Shown here: piece after piece, positions 38,249-47,755 of the stretch
Layout: each line of letters opens with the position of its first letter
How positions within the stretch are numbered: the first letter of the stretch is position 1
The notes under the pieces: model-generated
Told to the model about the DNA's origin: nothing
What the model saw: only the letters and a program-made list of their open reading frames with translations
The model's database searches: none
NCBI GenBank assembly: GCA_029907135.1
Contig: JARYMJ010000002.1
Location: 10,897-74,896 of the forward strand
Origin: Candidatus Saccharicenans sp.
Lineage (GTDB): Bacteria; Acidobacteriota; Aminicenantia; Aminicenantales; Saccharicenantaceae
Direction of reading: 5' to 3'
DNA length: 64,000 nt
Translations under genes and position numbers: made by a program

Positions 38249-38431
38249 GAAAAAGGGAGCGGGCTGGGCTGATGATGCACCCAGGCCAGACCTGGCCAAA
38301 CAAGGCAAAATTAAAAACAGGCAGTCCACGCCGGAAGTAGAGAAAATGTCGCCGGCAAAAGGAGCTTTGAGCTTAATCGGAGACCCGGCCTGCCCTTTTG
38401 AGCGGACGGGCTATAATGAGAGCCAAATTAA

Positions 38432-38487
38432 ATATGAACGTTTATTCATATATTAGTATAATATATGAATATCTGTTCATATATTAG
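38432..38487. repeat. Two adjacent AT-rich palindromes (ATATGAA-N6-TTCATAT and ATATATGAA-N6-TTCATATAT). Each ends in the 12-mer TTCATATATTAG.
   Basis: Read directly. They form a tandem pair of operator-like inverted repeats. Confidence 0.5.
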
Positions 38488-38607
38488 AAACTGGCCTTAA
38501 AGCAACTGATGATAATGTGGCTGCGTCAAGCCCGGAAATTTCAGGCGACCGGTTGAAAAACCTTAATTTATTTCTTCCTCTCCCCAAACAGGTCGGATTC
38601 GAATATC

Positions 38608-39018
38608 TCAGGCAATCGGCTTGTTCCCGGGCTCTCCCCCAGGAGTAGCCGTAACTTCGGTGGTCTGGCAGCTGGCTTCCAGGTAAGCCCCTTCCTCCAC
38701 CACCAAGCGCGGAGTGGTCAGGCTGCCGTAGACCCGGCCGCGGTTATGAACTTCTATCCTGTCCCGGGCCTGGAGGTCGCCTCTTATTTCCCCGTTAATG
38801 ATGAGTTGCCCGACCTTGACGTCGGCTTCAACCTTTCCCTTTTCGCCTATTATCAGCATAGCATCAGAATTTATCTTGCCCTGGAAATAGCCTTCGATCC
38901 GGAAGGAACCCTTAAAATTCAATTCGCCTTTAAGTTCTGTGCCGTGGTCAATCAACCCGGCCAGGCGGGATTCATCAGTCATTATCTCTCTTCCTTTCTC
39001 TTTTTCTTTATCCTTCAT
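38608..39018 (-). CDS. Bactofilin (DUF583) cytoskeletal protein.
   Basis: Bactofilin beta-helix repeats (IIGEKGKVEADVKVGQLIINGEIRGDLQARDRIEVHNRGRVYGSL). An ATGA overlap with the parB stop shows translational coupling. Confidence 0.8.
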   Translation of the reverse strand: MKDKEKEKGREIMTDESRLAGLIDHGTELKGELNFKGSFRIEGYFQGKINSDAMLIIGEKGKVEADVKVGQLIINGEIRGDLQARDRIEVHNRGRVYGSLTTPRLVVEEGAYLEASCQTTEVTATPGGEPGNKPIA

Positions 39019-39863
39019 TTTTTAACTCCTTTTATCTTATCATAAATCCGGTTGAGGTCCTCCAGGGAAAAATAAAATATCTTGATGGCTCCCTTGTTTC
39101 TGTTGCCAGTAATAGCTACCTTGGTTCCGAGAAATCTTATAAGTTCTTCTTCCACCGCTTTCAGGTCGGGGTCAGCCAGAGTTTTCTGAGCCCGCGGTGG
39201 CTTTTCCTTAAATCTCTGGACAAGTCTCTCCGTCTCTCTCACCGACAGTTGTTTATCTACCACTATCCTAGCTACCTGGAGCTGCAGCTGCGCTTCTTCC
39301 AGGGCCAGCAGGGCCCGGGCCTGTCCCATGGACAATTTTCCTTCCAGGATGAAATTCTTGATTTCTTCCGGCAATTTGAGCAGCCTGAGATAATTGGCCA
39401 CCGAAGCCCGGTCCTTCCCAACCTTATCGGCAATTTCCTGCTGGGTCAGTCCCAGCTCCGAGCTTAATTGCTGAAAGGCCTGGGCGATTTCCAGCGGGTT
39501 CAGGTCTTCCCGATGGATATTCTCGATTAGCTGAATCTCCAGTTGCCTTTCCCGGGCCAGATTCCTGATTATTACTGGAATGGAGCGCAGCCCGGACTTC
39601 TGGGCAGCCCGCCAGCGCCTCTCCCCCACCACTATCCGGTAGTGGTCATCCTCTGGTACCACCAGGACCGGCTGGATGATTCCAGTCTCCCTGATGGACC
39701 TGGCCAATTCCTCTATAGACTGGTCGTCAAAGATGGTTCTTGGCTGCCGGGGGTTGGGCCGGACCTTTTCGATTTCCACCTCGGCATAACGGTCTTCTTT
39801 TAAGATTCCAAATTCTTCGGGAATAAAGGCTCCCAAGCCTTTGCCCAGTGCTTTCTTGGTCAT
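39015..39863 (-). CDS. parB: Chromosome partitioning protein ParB.
   Basis: ParB box motifs (IQPVLV ... GERRWRAA). HTH region. 4-nt overlap with parA. Confidence 0.9.
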   Translation of the reverse strand: MTKKALGKGLGAFIPEEFGILKEDRYAEVEIEKVRPNPRQPRTIFDDQSIEELARSIRETGIIQPVLVVPEDDHYRIVVGERRWRAAQKSGLRSIPVIIRNLARERQLEIQLIENIHREDLNPLEIAQAFQQLSSELGLTQQEIADKVGKDRASVANYLRLLKLPEEIKNFILEGKLSMGQARALLALEEAQLQLQVARIVVDKQLSVRETERLVQRFKEKPPRAQKTLADPDLKAVEEELIRFLGTKVAITGNRNKGAIKIFYFSLEDLNRIYDKIKGVKK

Positions 39864-40615
39864 TTCTTCATCAACTCCTCTGCCAGATTCATATAAGCCT
39901 CCGCCCCCCTGGATTTTGGATCATAAATAACTACCGGTTTGCCAAAACTGGGGGCTTCAGCCAGTCTTATGCTCCTCGGAATTATGGTGTTGAGAAGCAC
40001 TCCGCGCAACGAATTTCTTATTTCCTCGGCCACCTGACGGGCCAGGTTAGTTCTCTCGTCAAACATGGTTAAAAGTATGCCTTCTATATAAAGCTGTGGA
40101 TTAAAATAAGTCCTGACCATGTCCAGGGTGTGAAAAAGGTCGGGGATACCTTCCATGCAGAAGAATTCTGCTTGAACCGGGATAAGGATGGAATCCGCGG
40201 CTGACAGGGCATTTATGGTCAGGAAACCGAGAGAAGGGGGGCAATCAATCAGAATAAAATTAAAAAGCTTGCGAACCCCGGCCAGGGCAGTCTTCAGCCT
40301 GCTCTCTCGGCCTTCCATCTGGTAAAGTTCAGCCTCGGCCCCGCTCAGTTCGGGCGAACAGGCACAAAGGAAAAGATTTTCCAGCTCGGTGGGCGAAAGG
40401 CATTGCATGACATCCTGGCCGTTCAGCAGGGCCTGGTAGATACCTTTCCCCTTTTCTTTGGGCCGGCCTAAACCAACTGTGGCCATCCCCTGGGTATCCA
40501 GGTCAATAATCAGCACCCGCAGGCTTTTTAAGGCCAGGGCAGCCCCCAGGTTGATGGCGGTGGTGGTTTTCCCAACGCCGCCTTTCTGGTTGGCAACGGC
40601 AATAATCTTATTCAT
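39860..40615 (-). CDS. parA: Chromosome partitioning ATPase ParA/Soj.
   Basis: Deviant Walker A (KGGVGKTT). Confidence 0.9.
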   Translation of the reverse strand: MNKIIAVANQKGGVGKTTTAINLGAALALKSLRVLIIDLDTQGMATVGLGRPKEKGKGIYQALLNGQDVMQCLSPTELENLFLCACSPELSGAEAELYQMEGRESRLKTALAGVRKLFNFILIDCPPSLGFLTINALSAADSILIPVQAEFFCMEGIPDLFHTLDMVRTYFNPQLYIEGILLTMFDERTNLARQVAEEIRNSLRGVLLNTIIPRSIRLAEAPSFGKPVVIYDPKSRGAEAYMNLAEELMKK

Positions 40616-40620
40616 CTGGC

Positions 40621-42516
40621 TTATTCATCCGGTTCACATGTTCCACGTGGAACATCAATCCCGAGGTTCTTCTTTCTGATAACCTCAACATATAGGTAAA
40701 TATTATAAACAGCCGCCGGCGTAATTCCAGCTATTTTTTTAACCTGCCCCATATTTTCGGGTCTGTTCTTTTCCAGTTTTTCCACCTGTTCCCTGGTCAG
40801 TCCGGGCACTTCACGGAAATTTATACCCGGAGGGATGGGGAAACTATCCAGTTTCATTATCCTGGTTATTTCTTTCTCCTGTTTCTTCAGATAGCCCTCA
40901 TACTTAACTTCAGACTCTATGCTTCTAATCTCTTCCCGGCTGAGCCCAGGGAGCACTTCAATTTTTTCGGCCACCATTTCCCAGTTTATTCCAGGTTTTC
41001 TTAAATAATTGACGGCCGGAACTGGCTCTCCTTTCTCATCCTGTATTTTTTTCTGACGCAATAGCTCTATAGCCTGTTTGATTCTTTCCTGTTTTTCCAG
41101 GAATTTTTGGTATTCTTCTTCGCTTATCAGGCCGAGTTTGAAGCCATATGGCAATAGCCTCCGGTCAGCGTTATCTATCCTTAAATTGAGTCGATATTCG
41201 GCCCGGGAGGTGAAAAGACGATATGGTTCATCTACCCCGAAAGATATCAAGTCGTCAATCAAAACCCCGATATAAGCCTCGTGTCTTCCCAGAATGAAAG
41301 GTTCCTGTCCTCTCAGGTTCAGGACCGCATTTATGCCAGCCATCAGCCCCTGAGCTGCAGCTTCTTCATAGCCCGAGGTTCCGTTTATCTGGCCGGCCAG
41401 ATAGAGATTTTTTATTCTCTTGGTCTCCAGGGTGGGCCTGAGCTCGGTAGGGGAGACGGCATCATATTCTATTCCATAAGCCGGTCGCAATATCTTAGCC
41501 TGGTCCAGTCCGGGGATGCTCTGCAAAATTTCTTTCTGAACTTCGTAGGGCAGGCTAGAAGATAATCCGTTGACATATATTTCCGTGGTGTCCAGTCCTT
41601 CGGGCTCTAAAAAGAACTGGTGTCGCTGATGGTGAGGGAATTTCACCACCTTATCTTCAATCGAGGGGCAGTACCTCGGCCCTATCCCCTTGATTATCCC
41701 ACTTAATAGGGGAGACTTATCCAGGTTTTTTCTGATAACCTCGTGTGTTTTATGGTTAGTATAGCCCACATAACAGACTACAAGGTTCTTCAGCGGTCTG
41801 GTTGTCCGGAAAGAAAAGGCTACCGGCTGATCATCGCCCGGCTGCGGTTTGAATTTCTCCCAATCAATGCTGTTGCGGTCGAGCCTCATCGGGGTCCCAG
41901 TTTTAAGTCGGAGCATCTTGGAACCTGCTTCTCTCAATGTCCGGGCCAGCTCGACTGCCGGCGGTTCATTGGCTCTTCCGGCCGGGTAACTTTTAAGACC
42001 GATATGGATGAGGCCGTTAAGAAAAGTGCCAGGAGTAAGGATGACCGCGTCGGCTTTAATCCTGGTGCCGTCCTGGCAGATAACACCGCCAATCCGGTCT
42101 CCTTCTATCACCAGGCCGGTCACCACCGCCTGGAGTATTCTCAGGTTCTTTATATTCTCCAGCCATTTTTTCATGGTGAGACGGTAGGCGGCCTTGTCAC
42201 ACTGGGCCCTCGGTCCCTGAACCGCACCGCCCCGGCTTCTGTTCAATAGGCGAAAATGGATGCCCGTTTCATCGGCCAGGAGCCCCATGATACCCCCAAG
42301 GGCATCTATTTCCCTCACCAGGTGACCCTTGGCCAGGCCTCCAATGGCCGGGTTACAGGACATCTGGGCGATGGTTTCGAGGTGAATGGTTAAAAGACAA
42401 GTAGCTGCCCCCAGGCGGGCCGCAGCCGCCGCCGCTTCGCAGCCAGCATGACCGGCCCCGACCACCACCACCTCATATTCTTCAACAAAAGGCTCCTTTG
42501 TCATTTTCCTATGCAA
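40621..42516 (-). CDS. mnmG: tRNA uridine-5-carboxymethylaminomethyl modification enzyme MnmG (GidA).
   Basis: FAD-binding GxGxxG ([14 protein letters not shown]). 631 aa, conserved throughout. Confidence 0.95.
   Translation of the reverse strand: MHRKMTKEPFVEEYEVVVVGAGHAGCEAAAAAARLGAATCLLTIHLETIAQMSCNPAIGGLAKGHLVREIDALGGIMGLLADETGIHFRLLNRSRGGAVQGPRAQCDKAAYRLTMKKWLENIKNLRILQAVVTGLVIEGDRIGGVICQDGTRIKADAVILTPGTFLNGLIHIGLKSYPAGRANEPPAVELARTLREAGSKMLRLKTGTPMRLDRNSIDWEKFKPQPGDDQPVAFSFRTTRPLKNLVVCYVGYTNHKTHEVIRKNLDKSPLLSGIIKGIGPRYCPSIEDKVVKFPHHQRHQFFLEPEGLDTTEIYVNGLSSSLPYEVQKEILQSIPGLDQAKILRPAYGIEYDAVSPTELRPTLETKRIKNLYLAGQINGTSGYEEAAAQGLMAGINAVLNLRGQEPFILGRHEAYIGVLIDDLISFGVDEPYRLFTSRAEYRLNLRIDNADRRLLPYGFKLGLISEEEYQKFLEKQERIKQAIELLRQKKIQDEKGEPVPAVNYLRKPGINWEMVAEKIEVLPGLSREEIRSIESEVKYEGYLKKQEKEITRIMKLDSFPIPPGINFREVPGLTREQVEKLEKNRPENMGQVKKIAGITPAAVYNIYLYVEVIRKKNLGIDVPRGTCEPDE
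40639..40654. promoter_or_regulatory. Perfect 16-bp parS-like palindrome TGTTCCACGTGGAACA.
   Basis: It differs from the Firmicute-type parS consensus TGTTNCACGTGAAACA only at the symmetric 5th/12th positions. It lies within the last codons of mnmG, 24 nt upstream of the parA start codon. Confidence 0.5.
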
Positions 42517-43877
42517 AAGCGGTTGAAGATTTCTTCCAGGATTTCCTGGCTGCTGATCTCACCCGTTAATTGCCCTATATCAGGCAAAACTTCTCTTATG
42601 GCTTCGGCTACCAGCTCTTCACTGTGTCCTTCCTCCAGCAGCCTAAGGGCCCTTTCCAGGTCCTGCTTCATGCTCTCAATCAGGGTTTTTTGCCTCTGGT
42701 GGAGAATTATTTCTTCCTGCTTTTCTGCCGGTGGGGAAAATGTACTCAGCATCAGCTTTTTAAGTTCCTCCAGGTTCTTTCCGGTCAGAGCGGAAACTTC
42801 CACCCAGGGTCTACCAGGGCACACAGCTAAGATTTTTTCTATGTTAATTTTTGGCTCCAGGTCAACCTTGTTAAAGACAAGAACCATTTTTTTCTGGCTG
42901 AATTTCTCCAGCAGCTGAAAATCTTCCCTGGTCTCTTTCCTGGAAGCGTCCAGGACCAAAAGAAGCCCATCGGCTTTTTCGGCCAGCCTTTGCCCCCTGA
43001 CCATGCCTTCCTCTTCCACCGGGTGCTGGGCCTGGCCGAACCCGGCCATGTCCACCAGCTTGATGAGCACTCCATCTAACAGGATGTTTTCCCTGATAAA
43101 ATCCCTGGTGGTGCCGGGGTAGGGGGTGACTATAGCTCTTTCCTCTTCCAGCAGGGCGTTGAACAGGGTTGATTTCCCGACATTAGTCTTGCCGAGGACG
43201 GCCACACTCAGCCCTTCCAGCATAGCCCGGCCCTGTTGGTAGCTCGTAACCAGTCTTTCCAGGTCAGATATGAGCTCGGCCAGGGCCTCCTTGATTCTTT
43301 CAGGCGCCACTTCAGGTTCTTCTTGCGCGAACTCCAGGCTGGTTTCCACCAGGCTCAATAATTCAACCACCTTCTCTCTGATAGAGGCTATCTTACAGGA
43401 AAGACTGCCTTCCATCTGCTTGAAGGAAACCCGGGCCTGGTCCAGAGAACAGGCCTGGATCAGGTCGTTAATGGCCTCGGCCTGAATGATATCAATCCGG
43501 CCATTGAGATAGGCCCGCAGGGTAAATTCTCCCGGGTGAGCCAGCCGGGCCCCGGCCTTTATCCCCAGCCTCACCGCCTCAGCCAACAAGACAGGAGAGC
43601 CGTGGAGGTTAAGCTCGACCACCTCTTCCCTGGTATATGAATTCGGGGCGGGGAAATAACACAAATAGCCAGCATCCAGCACTTCTCCCGACTCCGGGTC
43701 ATGCAGGTAGCCAAAACACATGGCCCTGGGACAGGCAGCTGGGTCCGTTTCTTTGAGGGCAAAAATTTTCCTGGCTATAGGCAGAGCCTCTGGCCCGCTC
43801 AGCCGAACGATACCGATTCCTCCCGGCCCGGGCGGGGTGGAAACGGCGATGATGGTATCTTCCAGGCTCTGGTTCAT
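42501..43877 (-). CDS. mnmE: tRNA modification GTPase MnmE (TrmE).
   Basis: G1 motif ([10 protein letters not shown]). C-terminal CIGK motif. Confidence 0.93.
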   Translation of the reverse strand: MNQSLEDTIIAVSTPPGPGGIGIVRLSGPEALPIARKIFALKETDPAACPRAMCFGYLHDPESGEVLDAGYLCYFPAPNSYTREEVVELNLHGSPVLLAEAVRLGIKAGARLAHPGEFTLRAYLNGRIDIIQAEAINDLIQACSLDQARVSFKQMEGSLSCKIASIREKVVELLSLVETSLEFAQEEPEVAPERIKEALAELISDLERLVTSYQQGRAMLEGLSVAVLGKTNVGKSTLFNALLEEERAIVTPYPGTTRDFIRENILLDGVLIKLVDMAGFGQAQHPVEEEGMVRGQRLAEKADGLLLVLDASRKETREDFQLLEKFSQKKMVLVFNKVDLEPKINIEKILAVCPGRPWVEVSALTGKNLEELKKLMLSTFSPPAEKQEEIILHQRQKTLIESMKQDLERALRLLEEGHSEELVAEAIREVLPDIGQLTGEISSQEILEEIFNRFCIGK

Positions 43878-43935
43878 ATTCTAATTTTAATCGCAGATTT
43901 GAAGATAGTAAACAGAGGTTTGCAACGGGCTGATT

Positions 43936-44613
43936 TCAGTCCTGGCTGACCTGTTTTTTCTGGCTGTCGTCGGCCACCGGGAAGACCCTGACCTTCTTCA
44001 AAAACCCCTCTCCCAGGCTTTCGGTGGTTAGGCCGGGAACCTGGTTGACGGCGATGTGGATAATCCGCCTTTCGTAAGGATTCATGAAATCCAGGATTTC
44101 CTCCTGGCCGGTTTCTTTAACTTTCTGAGCTACCTGCAGGGCATACTCTTTCAATTGCTTTTCTTTGCGCCGCCGGAAAAATTCACAGTCAGCCTGGACC
44201 TTCTGGTTGGAGACCTTGTTCAGGATGTGCTGAATAGCCAGCAGCAAGGCCCCGTCATTTTTCAGGAGTAGCTTCCGGTCTTCACCGTCAAACACCACGT
44301 ATACCATCTGGTCCCTTTTCTTGACCTGGTAGGTGAGCTCCAGCGGAAAAACTTTCATCAGGTTTCTGAGGAAGACTTCAACCGCGCTGGATTCATCCGC
44401 GGTCTTGAGCCAGGCCCTGATGACTATTTCTTTATTCTTCAAACCGAAGAGCTTGGTTTTTTCGGTGACGATTTCATAATTAAACTGGTCCCGCGGAACC
44501 TTCAGCACATGCTCGGCCAGGCTTAGCACATCTTCCAGGCTTCTACCCTTAAATTCTTGTTTTTCAATAACTTGCATGCCATTCAGCTGGTTATTTTTTT
44601 CTTCTTTTTCCAT
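43936..44613 (-). CDS. jag: Jag/KhpB-type RNA-binding protein (Jag_N plus KH plus R3H).
   Basis: It occupies the position between yidC and mnmE. An R3H-like C-terminus is present (GLTTESLGEGFLKKVRV). Confidence 0.7.
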   Translation of the reverse strand: MEKEEKNNQLNGMQVIEKQEFKGRSLEDVLSLAEHVLKVPRDQFNYEIVTEKTKLFGLKNKEIVIRAWLKTADESSAVEVFLRNLMKVFPLELTYQVKKRDQMVYVVFDGEDRKLLLKNDGALLLAIQHILNKVSNQKVQADCEFFRRRKEKQLKEYALQVAQKVKETGQEEILDFMNPYERRIIHIAVNQVPGLTTESLGEGFLKKVRVFPVADDSQKKQVSQD

Positions 44614-46303
44614 CGGACTCCCTCTTGCGAGCCATCATCCGGTTCATGATGGCTTGCTGAGCTATTTGCAGAACATTATTGGTCAACCAGTAAAGAACCA
44701 ATCCGGCCTGAAAATTCATGAAGAAGATGGTAAAGATGAAAGGCATCAACAGCATCATCTTCTGCTGAGCCGGGTCGGCTGTCGAGGGCGTCATCTTCTG
44801 GGTGATGAACTGGGTCACACCCATCAGAATCGGCGTCACGTAGTAAGGGTCTCTGACCGAAAGGTCCTTTATCCAGAAAACAAACGGACTGTGCCTGAAT
44901 TCCACCGCCACCACCAGCATCCGGAAAAATCCCCAGAATACCGGGAGCTGAATCAGCAGGGGCAGGCAGCCGCCAGCCGGGTTGATGCCGTGCTCCTTGT
45001 AGAGGCGCATCAACTCCTCGTTCATCTGCCGCCTCTGTTCCATATCCTGCTTGGCTCTCTTGTATTTAGCCCGGAGGGCCTTGATCTTGGGCTGGATTTC
45101 CGCCATCCTGGCCATAGATTTGGTCGAGCTGTAGGTCAGGGGAAAGAAAAGGATTTTAATGATCAGAGTCATGATGATTATGGCCACTCCCCAGTTGGGA
45201 ATCAGCCCGTGGAAATACCTGGTGGCAATGAGCAGCAATTCAGCTATCCCGCCGAAGAAACCGAAATTGATGATCTTCTTGGTCTGGTGCCCATAGGCTT
45301 TCAGCCGGTCATACTCTTTTGGCCCCAGGAACGCTTCCTGAGGGTGGCTGAAGGCCAGGTAAAAATAGGGGATAACGGCTATCTTGCCGTCGGCCTGGGG
45401 TTCGCTAACTTCCTTCTTGAAAGCCAGGGCCTGGCTGCTGGCCGGGTCCAACAGGAAAATGGCAGCAAAATAATTTTCCTCGAAGGCGGCCCAGTTCAGC
45501 CCGAGATAGCGGCTGGCTTCATTCTCCAGGGCAATCTTTTTCTCCTGTAGTCGGAAGACCTTCTGGTCGCGATTGGTCAGGAAAGCCGCTCCCCGGTTGG
45601 CGCTGAACTTCTGTTTGAGTTCTTCCGGGCTCAGGCTGCCGATTCCAGGTCCCCAGAGTACTACCGGGTCAACTTCTTTTCCGCCGATCTCCAGGCTGAT
45701 TTTTATTCCGAAATTATAGTCGTGGCCGTTGAAGGTCAGCTGCTTGCGGACTTTCAAAGTATTCCCATCGGAATACTCGAATATCAGGGTATCAGTCTGG
45801 CCCTCTCCCAGCTGGAGGTTGCCGCCTTCATATTTATAGAGGGCTGTATTGGCCCGCTCCATCAGTTCCGGCTCTTCCAGTTTCAAAGCCAGAGGATAGA
45901 GGCCGAACCGGCCGGCAGCTTCCGGCACCAGGTCCAGCGGTTCGGGCACCGGATTCTTCCGGTCGGGTAATTTCTTCAGGTGTTTTTTTAACTTCCAGCT
46001 GGTCAGGACTGCTCCTCGGTTGCTCCAGGTGGCTTTATACAGGGGAGTTTCCACCGTGATACTTTCTTCCTGCTCGGCTGCCACCACCTCGGCCACCGGC
46101 TGGGCTGCGGTGTCCCGGACCGGGGCAGAAGGAGCTGCCTCCTGAGGTTTTTCGGCTCCAGCAGTCGCCTCCACTCGGTCGGTGGCTGCCGCTTGCGGCT
46201 GGGGCACCGGCTGGACCGGTTTACTGGGCTTGATAAAAATCAATTGATATAGAAACAGAATCAAGAACGACAGGAAAATGGCCAGAATTAATCTCTTTTC
46301 CAT
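44591..46303 (-). CDS. yidC: Membrane protein insertase YidC.
   Basis: N-terminal TM, a large periplasmic domain, then 5 TM. Basic C-terminal tail (MMARKRESDGKRRKK). Confidence 0.9.
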   Translation of the reverse strand: MEKRLILAIFLSFLILFLYQLIFIKPSKPVQPVPQPQAAATDRVEATAGAEKPQEAAPSAPVRDTAAQPVAEVVAAEQEESITVETPLYKATWSNRGAVLTSWKLKKHLKKLPDRKNPVPEPLDLVPEAAGRFGLYPLALKLEEPELMERANTALYKYEGGNLQLGEGQTDTLIFEYSDGNTLKVRKQLTFNGHDYNFGIKISLEIGGKEVDPVVLWGPGIGSLSPEELKQKFSANRGAAFLTNRDQKVFRLQEKKIALENEASRYLGLNWAAFEENYFAAIFLLDPASSQALAFKKEVSEPQADGKIAVIPYFYLAFSHPQEAFLGPKEYDRLKAYGHQTKKIINFGFFGGIAELLLIATRYFHGLIPNWGVAIIIMTLIIKILFFPLTYSSTKSMARMAEIQPKIKALRAKYKRAKQDMEQRRQMNEELMRLYKEHGINPAGGCLPLLIQLPVFWGFFRMLVVAVEFRHSPFVFWIKDLSVRDPYYVTPILMGVTQFITQKMTPSTADPAQQKMMLLMPFIFTIFFMNFQAGLVLYWLTNNVLQIAQQAIMNRMMARKRESDGKRRKK

Positions 46304-46312
46304 AATCTCCTC

Positions 46313-46522
46313 TTAAGGCAAAGGGTCAATTCCTCCCTCGTGAAAGGGATGGCAGCGCAATATCCTTTTCCCTCCGAGCCAGCTCCCCTTGAAAAATCCG
46401 TATTTCTTAATGGCTTCATAGGTATACTGGGAACAGGTGGGGTAGTAGCGGCAATTATGTCCGAGCCAGGGTGACAACAACAGCTGGTAAGCCCTGATCA
46501 GCCCGAGGGCAATATATTTCAT
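46313..46522 (-). CDS. yidD: Membrane protein insertion efficiency factor YidD.
   Basis: Conserved YidD sequence ([22 protein letters not shown]). Confidence 0.9.
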   Translation of the reverse strand: MKYIALGLIRAYQLLLSPWLGHNCRYYPTCSQYTYEAIKKYGFFKGSWLGGKRILRCHPFHEGGIDPLP

Positions 46523-46549
46523 TCAAAACTCCATCTTTCTCAGCCCGGT

Positions 46550-46891
46550 CTAAAGAGCCAGCCGTTCCAGCACCGCCCTGAACTCGGCCGCCACCTCATC
46601 CCGGGTCCGCCCGCAGATATCTGGCTGGGCGATGAATATCAGGTCCACCGGCCCGGGCAATAAATTCTTGTTTTTCCGGAAAAGCTCCCGGAACAGTCTC
46701 TTGACCCTGTTCCGGGCGGTGGCCTGGCCGATTTTCCGGCTTACCACCACGCCCAGCCTGGAATACTCCAGGCCGTTTGGCTGAAATACCAGGTGGAAAT
46801 ACCTGCCTCTTAACCGGCGGCCCTTCCTGTATAACTCAATAAAATCCTTTTTCTTACGGATTCTTTCAACCGGTCTCAGGCGCTCATCCAT
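46550..46891 (-). CDS. rnpA: RNase P protein component.
   Basis: RnpA RNR-like basic motif (ATARNRVKRLFRE). 113 aa. Confidence 0.9.
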   Translation of the reverse strand: MDERLRPVERIRKKKDFIELYRKGRRLRGRYFHLVFQPNGLEYSRLGVVVSRKIGQATARNRVKRLFRELFRKNKNLLPGPVDLIFIAQPDICGRTRDEVAAEFRAVLERLAL

Positions 46892-47025
46892 CAGACCGCA
46901 AGTCTCTTGCGACCCTTTGCCCTTCTGTTTTTAATAACTTTCTGGCCACCTTTACTGCTCATTCTGACCAGAAAGCCATGAGTTTTCTTTCTTTTACGGT
47001 TGTTCGGCTGAAAAGTTCTCTTCAT
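46891..47025 (-). CDS. rpmH: 50S ribosomal protein L34. It is not in the supplied ORF track (below its length cut-off); I found it by manual translation.
   Basis: Minus-strand translation gives [44 protein letters not shown] (44 aa), the canonical L34 sequence. Its stop overlaps the rnpA start by 1 nt. Confidence 0.9.
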   Translation of the reverse strand: MKRTFQPNNRKRKKTHGFLVRMSSKGGQKVIKNRRAKGRKRLAV

Positions 47026-47226
47026 GGTCAACACTCACTACAAGATTTAAGCTTGTATCTTAAACGAAGACAAGCAGTTCTGTCAAGTGCCGGCGACTGA
47101 CTGCTGGCCGGGGACTCTGGCCACCGCGCCGCCTCCAAATACTTCCCTTATCCTGGATACCATGTCTTAACCTGAAAGAACGTTTGGTTTGACTATAAAG
47201 ATAGGATAGACTATAATTTAAGCGAA

Positions 47227-47745
47227 ATGCATTTTCTTAAAATCGGTGACAAGGTCATCTACCCGGCCCAGGGGCTGGGAATCATAGAAGATATTCAGGA
47301 AGAATCCTATAACGGTCAGTCCATCCGCACCTTCTACATTCGCCTCAAGTGCAACAATACCCTGGTGGTCATCCCCAGCAATTCGGCGGCCGAAATTGGC
47401 CTCAGGCGACCGGTTTCCCATAAGAACATCAATAAATTTTTTCAGTTCCTGAGGAAATGTTCCATCGACATCAGCACCGACTGGAAAGACCGCTATAAGG
47501 AAAATTTTGACCTGATGAAATCAGGTCAGCTGGAAGATATTGCCGTCGTCTACAAGACGCTCTTCCTGCTGAGCCAGACCAAGCCCCTGTCCTTCAGAGA
47601 AAAAAAGATGCTGGAGAAATCGCGGGAGCTGATCATCAGCGAGCTGTCCGCCACTTCCTGCCTCAGCCAGGACAAAATCAGCGCCCGGCTGGACCAGTGC
47701 CTGGCCAGCTGCCTCAAGGACCTCAAGCTGAGGTCGGCCCTTTGA
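47227..47745 (+). CDS. CarD/CdnL-family RNA-polymerase-binding transcription factor.
   Basis: CarD_CdnL_TRCF N-terminal motif (FLKIGDKVIYPAQGLGIIEDI). 172 aa. Confidence 0.75.
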   Translation: MHFLKIGDKVIYPAQGLGIIEDIQEESYNGQSIRTFYIRLKCNNTLVVIPSNSAAEIGLRRPVSHKNINKFFQFLRKCSIDISTDWKDRYKENFDLMKSGQLEDIAVVYKTLFLLSQTKPLSFREKKMLEKSRELIISELSATSCLSQDKISARLDQCLASCLKDLKLRSAL

Positions 47746-47755
47746 TTTTTATCCA

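Noticed and set aside
38205-38456. 83-aa ORF in the pyrG-bactofilin intergenic region.
   Set aside because: It has no RBS, and the repeat elements run through it. Its composition is atypical, so it is more likely non-coding.
38560-38600. tRNA/tmRNA-like GGATTCGAAT string near the bactofilin 3' end (smpB is in the window, so I checked for ssrA).
   Set aside because: It does not match the GGTTCGAATCC T-arm. No acceptor-stem complement or CCA context is present. There is no tRNA-like structure.
37729-38607. Possible chromosomal replication origin next to the parAB/gidA block.
   Set aside because: No convincing DnaA boxes (TTATCCACA/TGTGGATAA). The best candidates (TTTTGCACA, TGTGGCC) have 2 or more mismatches. 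dnaA is not nearby. The repeats look more like regulator sites.
40616-40620. Absence of rsmG (gidB) between mnmG and parA, considered as a possible deletion scar or pseudogene.
   Set aside because: There is only a 5-nt gap and no remnant sequence. The gene is simply not at this locus. I note it under the origin-block finding rather than as a feature.
47026-47226. DnaA-box-like TTATCCTGG in the rpmH/carD divergent intergenic region.
   Set aside because: It is a single copy with three mismatches in the critical 3' half. There is no cluster and no AT-rich unwinding element.
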